Assembly: GCF_009914755.1 (NCBI RefSeq)
Contig: NC_060939.1
Direction: 5' to 3' (one strand)
Source: the human T2T-CHM13v2.0 reference genome, Homo sapiens
Length of the DNA stretch: 64,000 bases
Position 1 is the stretch's first letter; every line of letters starts with the position of its first letter. The notes under the pieces are model-generated. The model did not search any database, was not told the origin of the DNA, and saw only the letters and a list, made by a program, of their open reading frames with translations. Both the position numbers and the translations under genes were made by a program. Of the stretch, positions 58,801 to 64,000 are shown one piece after another.

Positions 58801-60900
58801 GTGTCCATTCCATTCCAGTCCATTCCAGTTGTGTCCACTGCATTCCATTCCACTCCATTCCATATTATTCCATTACACTCCATTCCATTCTATTACTTTC
58901 ATTTCCCTTCAATTCCATTCCATTTGATTCCATTCCACTCGGTTTCATTCCATTTGAGTCCACTCCATTCCATTCCATTCCATTCCATTCAGTTCCATTC
59001 CATTCTGTTCCATTCCATTCCGTTCCATTACATTCCATTCCATTCGGTACCATTCCATATTGTTCCATTCGATTCCATTCGAATCCATTCCATTCCAGTC
59101 CATTCCATTCGATTCCATTCCATTCATTTCAATTCCATTCCATTCCATTCCATTACATTCCACTTGATTCCTCTCCATTCCCTTCCACTGCATTCCGTTC
59201 GATTCCATTCCATTGCATTGCATTCCATTCCATTGGATTGCATTCCATTCGATTCCATTCCATTCGAATCAATTACATAGCAATCCATTACATTCGAGTC
59301 TATTCTATTCCTTTCCATTCGATTTCGTTCCAATCCATTCGATTCCATTCCATTCGATTCCATTCCATACTATTGCATTCCATTCGATTACATTATATTC
59401 GAATAAGTTCCATTCAAGACCATTTCTTTTGAGTCCATTCTATTTGAGTCCATTCCCTTTGATTCCATAACATTTGAGTCCATTCAATTCCATTCCTTTC
59501 GTTTCCATTCCATTTGATGCCATTCCATTCAATTCTGTTCTACTCGACTCCAATACATTCAATTCCATTCCATCCGATTCCATTACATTCTTTTCATTTC
59601 TTATCCATTTCAAGCCATTACACTCCATTCCATTCCACTCGTTTCCTTTCCATTCGAGTCCATTCCTCTCCAGTCCATTCCGTTCAATCCATTCCATTCC
59701 AGTCCATTCCATTCGAGTCCGTTCCATTCCAGTCCATTCCATTTGAGTCAATTCCATTCCATTCGATGTCTTTCCATAACGATCCATTCCATTCTATTCC
59801 TTTCGATTCCATTCCATTCTATTTCATTCCATTCGATTCCCTTCCATTGGACTCCTTTCCATTCGAGTGCATTCCATTCCTTTCCATTTCTTTCCGTTCT
59901 GTACGATTCCTACCGTTCGATTTCATTTTGTTCCAGTCCATTCCTTTCGAGTCCATTCCATTCCATTTCACTCCATTCGATTCCATTCCACTCGATTCCA
60001 CTTCGTTCCATTTCATTGCATTCCATTCTATTCACTCTATTGCCTTCCATTCCATTCCATTCGATTACATTCCATGCGATTCCATTCGAAATCGAATCAA
60101 TTACATTGCAATCCATTACTATTGAGTCCGTTTTATTCCAGTCCACTGCATTCTGGTCCATTCCATTTGATTGCATTCCATTCTATTCCATTCCATACAG
60201 TTGCATTCCATTGGTTTCCATGCTATATCTATAAATTCAATTCGAGACCATTGCTTTTGAGTCCATTCTATATGATTCCATTCCATTCATTTCCATTACA
60301 TTTGGTTCAATTCCATTCCATTCCATTCCCTTCCATTCCATTCCATTTAATATCAATCCATTCGATTCCATTCCATTCGAGCACATTCCATTCGAGTCCA
60401 TTCCATTCGATGCCATTCCATTTGATTCTATTCCATTAGTCTCCATTCAATTCCATTAATCTCCATTCCATTCCATTCTACTCCAACTGATTCCATTCCA
60501 TTCTATTCCTTTCCATTCCATTTCATTCCATTCCATTCCATTTCATTCCATTCCATTCCATTCGTGTCCATTCCACTCCAGTCCATTCCATTCGTGTCCA
60601 TTCCATTCCAGTCCATTCCAGTTGTGTCCACTGCATTCCATTCCACTCCATTCCATATTATTCCATTACACTCCATTCCATTCTATTACTTTCATTTCCC
60701 TTCAATTCCATTCCATTTGATTCCATTCCACTCGGTTTCATTCCATTTGAGTCCACTCCATTCCATTCCATTCCATTCCATTCAGTTCCATTCCATTCTG
60801 TTCCATTCCATTCCGTTCCATTACATTCCATTCCATTCGGTACCATTCCATATTGTTCCATTCGATTCCATTCGAATCCATTCCATTCCAGTCCATTCCA

Positions 60901-61050
60901 TTCGATTCCATTCCATTCATTTCAATTCCATTCCATTCCATTCCATTACATTCCACTTGATTCCTCTCCATTCCATTCTATTCCATTCCATTCATTTCAA
61001 TTCCATTCCATTCCATTCCATTACATTCCACTTGATTCCTCTCCATTCCC
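60901..61050 (+). repeat. 75 bp local tandem duplication in U34
   Basis: TTCATTTCAA...TTACATTCCACTTGATTCCTCTCC occurs at 60916 and again at 60991. U34 is 1868 bp versus 1793 bp for sister units U31 and U33. Confidence 0.9.
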
Positions 61051-64000
61051 TTCCAGTGCATTCCGTTCGATTCCATTCCATTGCATTGCATTCCATTCCA
61101 TTGGATTGCATTCCATTCGATTCCATTCCATTCGAATCAATTACATAGCAATCCATTACATTCGAGTCTATTCTATTCCGTTCCATTCGATTTCGTTCCA
61201 ATCCATTCGATTCCATTCCATTCGATTCCATTCCATACTATTGCATTCCATTCGATTACATTATATTCGAATAAGTTCCATTCAAGACCATTTCTTTTGA
61301 GTCCATTCTATTTGAGTCCATTCCCTTTGATTCCATAACATTTGAGTCCATTCAATTCCATTCCTTTCGTTTCCATTCCATTTGATGCCATTCCATTCAA
61401 TTCTGTTCTACTCGACTCCAATACATTCAATTCCATTCCATCCGATTCCATTACATTCTTTTCATTTCTTATCCATTTCAAGCCATTCCACTCCATTCCA
61501 TTCCACTCGTTTCCTTTCCATTCGAGTCCATTCCTCTCCAGTCCATTCCGTTCAATCCATTCCATTCCAGTCCATTCCATTCGAGTCCGTTCCATTCCAG
61601 TCCATTCCATTCGAGTCAATTCCATCCCATTCGATGTCTTTCCATAACGATCCATTCCATTCTATTCCTTTCGATTCCATTCCATTCTATTTCATTCCAT
61701 TCGATTCCCTTCCATTGGACTCCTTTCCATTCGAGTGCATTCCATTCCGTTCCATTTCTTTCCGTTCTGTACGATTCCTACCGTTCGATTTCATTTTGTT
61801 CCAGTCCATTCCTTTCGCGTCCATTCCATTCCATTTCACTCCATTCGATTCCATTCCACTCGATTCCACTTCGTTCCATTTCATTGCATTCCATTCTATT
61901 CAACTCTATTGCCTTCCATTCCATTCCATTCGATTACATTCCATGCGATTCCATTCGAAATCGAATCAATTACATTGCAATCCATTACTATTGAGTCCAT
62001 TTTATTCCAGTCCACTGCATTCTGGTCCATTCCATTTGATTCCATTCCATTCTATTCCATTCCATACAGTTGCATTCCATTGAACTCCATTGTATATCTA
62101 TAAATTCAATTCGAGACCATTGCTTTTGAGTCCATTCTATATGATTCCATTCCATTCAAGCCCATTACATTTGGTTCAATTCCATTCCATTCCATTCCCT
62201 TCCATTCCATTCCAGTTGATATCAATCCATTCGATTCCATTCCATTCGAGCACATTCCATTCGAGTCCATTCCATTCGATGCCATTCCATTTGATTCTAT
62301 TCCATTAGTCTCCATTCAATTCCATTAATCTCCATTCCATTCCATTCTACTCCAACTGATTCCATTCCATTCTATTCCTTTCCATTCCATTTCATTCCAT
62401 TCCATTCCATTTCATTCCATTCCATTTCATTCGTGTCCATTCCACTCCAGTCCATTCCATTCGTGTCCATTCCATTCCAGTCCATTCCATTTGTGTCCAC
62501 TGCATTCCATTCCACTCCATTCCATATTATTCCATTACACTCCATTCCATTCTATTACTTTCATTTCCATTCAATTCCATTCCATTTGATTCCATTCCAC
62601 TCGGTTTCATTCCATGTGAGTCCACTCCATTCCATTCCATTCCATTCATTCCATTCCATTCTGTTCCATTCCATTCCGTTCCATTACATTCCATTCCATT
62701 CAGTACCATTCCATATTGTTCCATTCGATTCCATTCGAATCCATTCCATTCCAGTCCATTCCATTCGATTCCATTCCATTCATTTCAATTCCATTCCATT
62801 CCATTCCATTACATTCCACTTGATTCCTCTCCATTCCCTTCCACTGCATTCCATTCGATTCCATTCCATTGCATTGCATTCCATTCCATTGGATTGCATT
62901 CCATTCGATTCCATTCCATTCGAATCAATTACATAGCAATACATTACATTCGTGTGTATTCTATTCCGTTCCATTCGATTTCGTTCCAATCCATTCGATT
63001 CCATTCCATTCGATTCCATTCCATACTATTGCATTCCATTCGATTACATTATATTCGAATAAGTTCCATTCAAGACCATTTCTTTTGAGTCCATTCTATT
63101 TGAGTCCATTCCCTTTGATTCCATAACATTTGAGTCCATTCAATTCCATTCCTTTCGTTTCCATTCCATTTGATGCCATTCCATTGAATTCTGTTCTACT
63201 CGACTCCAATACATTCAATTCCATTCCATCCGATTCCATTACATTCTTTTCATTTCTTATCCATTTCAAGCCATTCCACTCCATTCCATTCCACTCGTTT
63301 CCTTTCCATTCGAGTCCATTCCTCTCCAGTCCATTCCGTTCAATCCATTCCATTCCAGTCCATTCCATTCGAGTCCGTTCCATTCCAGTCCATTCCATTC
63401 GAGTCAATTCCATCCCATTCGATGTCTTTCCATAACGATCCATTCCATTCTATTCCTTTCGATTCCATTCCATTCTATTTCATTCCATTCGATTCCCTTC
63501 CATTGGACTCCTTTCCATTCGAGTGCATTCCATTCCGTTCCATTTCTTTCCGTTCTGTACGATTCCTACCGTTCGATTTCATTTTGTTCCAGTCCATTCC
63601 TTTCGCGTCCATTCCATTCCATTTCACTCCATTCGATTCCATTCCACTCGATTCCACTTCGTTCCATTTCATTGCATTCCATTCTATTCAACTCTATTGC
63701 CTTCCATTCCATTCCATTCGATTACATTCCATGCGATTCCATTCGAAATCGAGTCAATTACATTGCAATCCATTACTATTGAGTCCGTTTTATTCCAGTC
63801 CACTGCATTCTGGTCCATTCCATTTGATTCCATTCCATTCTATTCCATTCCATACAGTTGCATTCCATTGGATTCCATTCTATATCTATAAATTCAATTC
63901 GAGACCATTGCTTTTGAGTCCATTCTATATGATTCCATTCCATTCAAGTCCATTACATTTGGTTCAATTCCATTCCATTCCATTCCCTTCCGTTCCATTC

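Larger units (their letters stand above)
1..63097 (+). repeat. 35 complete tandem copies of a ~1.8 kb higher-order unit (1739-1868 bp), followed by a partial 36th copy (63098-64000)
   Basis: Unique anchors (CTGTACGATTCCTAC, TATAAAT, TAGTCTCC, CAAGACCATTTCTTTTGAG) and the artefactual MDRYGK ORF recur once per unit at 346, 2124, 3902, 5706 ... 61655, 63443. Total span 63097 bp over 35 intervals gives ~1803 bp per unit. Confidence 0.97.
1..64000 (+). repeat. Human-type satellite III (HSat3) array, diverged (CATTC)n / (GGAAT)n, single orientation
   Basis: Continuous CATTC pentamers with typical variants (CATTT, GATTC, GAGTC, CACTC) from first to last base. The + strand is G-poor throughout and no other sequence class interrupts it. 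It lacks the CATTCGATGATGATT/GATAATT motifs typical of HSat2. Confidence 0.97.
1..64000. repeat. D15Z1: Probable D15Z1 / HSat3A5 family (1.8 kb KpnI satellite of chromosome 15p heterochromatin)
   Basis: 1.8 kb period with one GGTACC per unit (1388, 3161, 4970, 6739, 8558, 10377, 12175, 17587 ... 60839). The 1.8 kb KpnI HSat3 repeat is the established definition of D15Z1. Not confirmed by alignment; related copies on other acrocentrics or in apes cannot be excluded. Confidence 0.75.

Noticed and set aside
1-63097. A single regular super-period (fixed n-mer of the 1.8 kb unit) across the window
   Set aside because: Offsets of 2, 3, 4, 6 and 8 units each hold only locally, and none persists across the window.
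1-64000. CRISPR-like repeat/spacer array or other prokaryotic system
   Set aside because: No unique spacers, no cas or other genes. The sequence between landmarks is itself repeated satellite.
1-64000. Transposon insertion (Alu/L1), inversion, or junction to another satellite
   Set aside because: No poly-A tail, target-site duplication, GC-rich segment or GGAAT-oriented stretch was seen on the + strand. Every interval between anchors is 1739-1868 bp.
1-64000. Assignment to HSat2 (1.77 kb chr1 unit), DYZ1 (3.6 kb) or alpha satellite
   Set aside because: Lacks HSat2 GATGAT motifs. The basic period is 1.8 kb, not 3.6 kb. There is no 171 bp monomer or CENP-B box.

Overview
The whole 64 kb window is one uninterrupted, single-orientation array of human-type classical satellite III (HSat3; diverged CATTC/GGAAT pentamers, C-rich strand on +). 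It is organised as a ~1.8 kb higher-order unit: 35 complete copies of 1739-1868 bp (mean ~1803 bp) plus one partial copy. One KpnI site (GGTACC) per unit is intact in 29 of 35 copies. This matches the classical 1.8 kb KpnI satellite D15Z1 (HSat3A5, chromosome 15 short arm), although the chromosome assignment is an inference. I see no real protein-coding genes, RNA genes, transposons, inversions or CRISPR arrays; all listed ORFs are artefacts of a stop-codon-free pentamer. The information is in the array architecture: an ancient ~0.9 kb internal duplication within the unit, multi-unit re-duplications (2-, 3-, 4-, 6- and 8-unit offsets), a homogenised 5 x 1804 bp block nested inside another variant clade, a divergent island, short patch exchanges over up to ~29 kb, and length changes quantised to the pentamer. 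I found no evidence of a new gene-encoded system. Unit starts used (anchor ATTTGAGTCCATTCCCTTTG): U1 1, U2 1779, U3 3557, U4 5361, U5 7145, U6 8959, U7 10773, U8 12571, U9 14375, U10 16169, U11 17978, U12 19786, U13 21619, U14 23428, U15 25232, U16 27026, U17 28859, U18 30653, U19 32392, U20 34191, U21 36020, U22 37834, U23 39638, U24 41442, U25 43246, U26 45050, U27 46854, U28 48662, U29 50476, U30 52284, U31 54087, U32 55880, U33 57649, U34 59442, U35 61310, U36 (partial) 63098. All comparisons were made by eye, so breakpoints are approximate.
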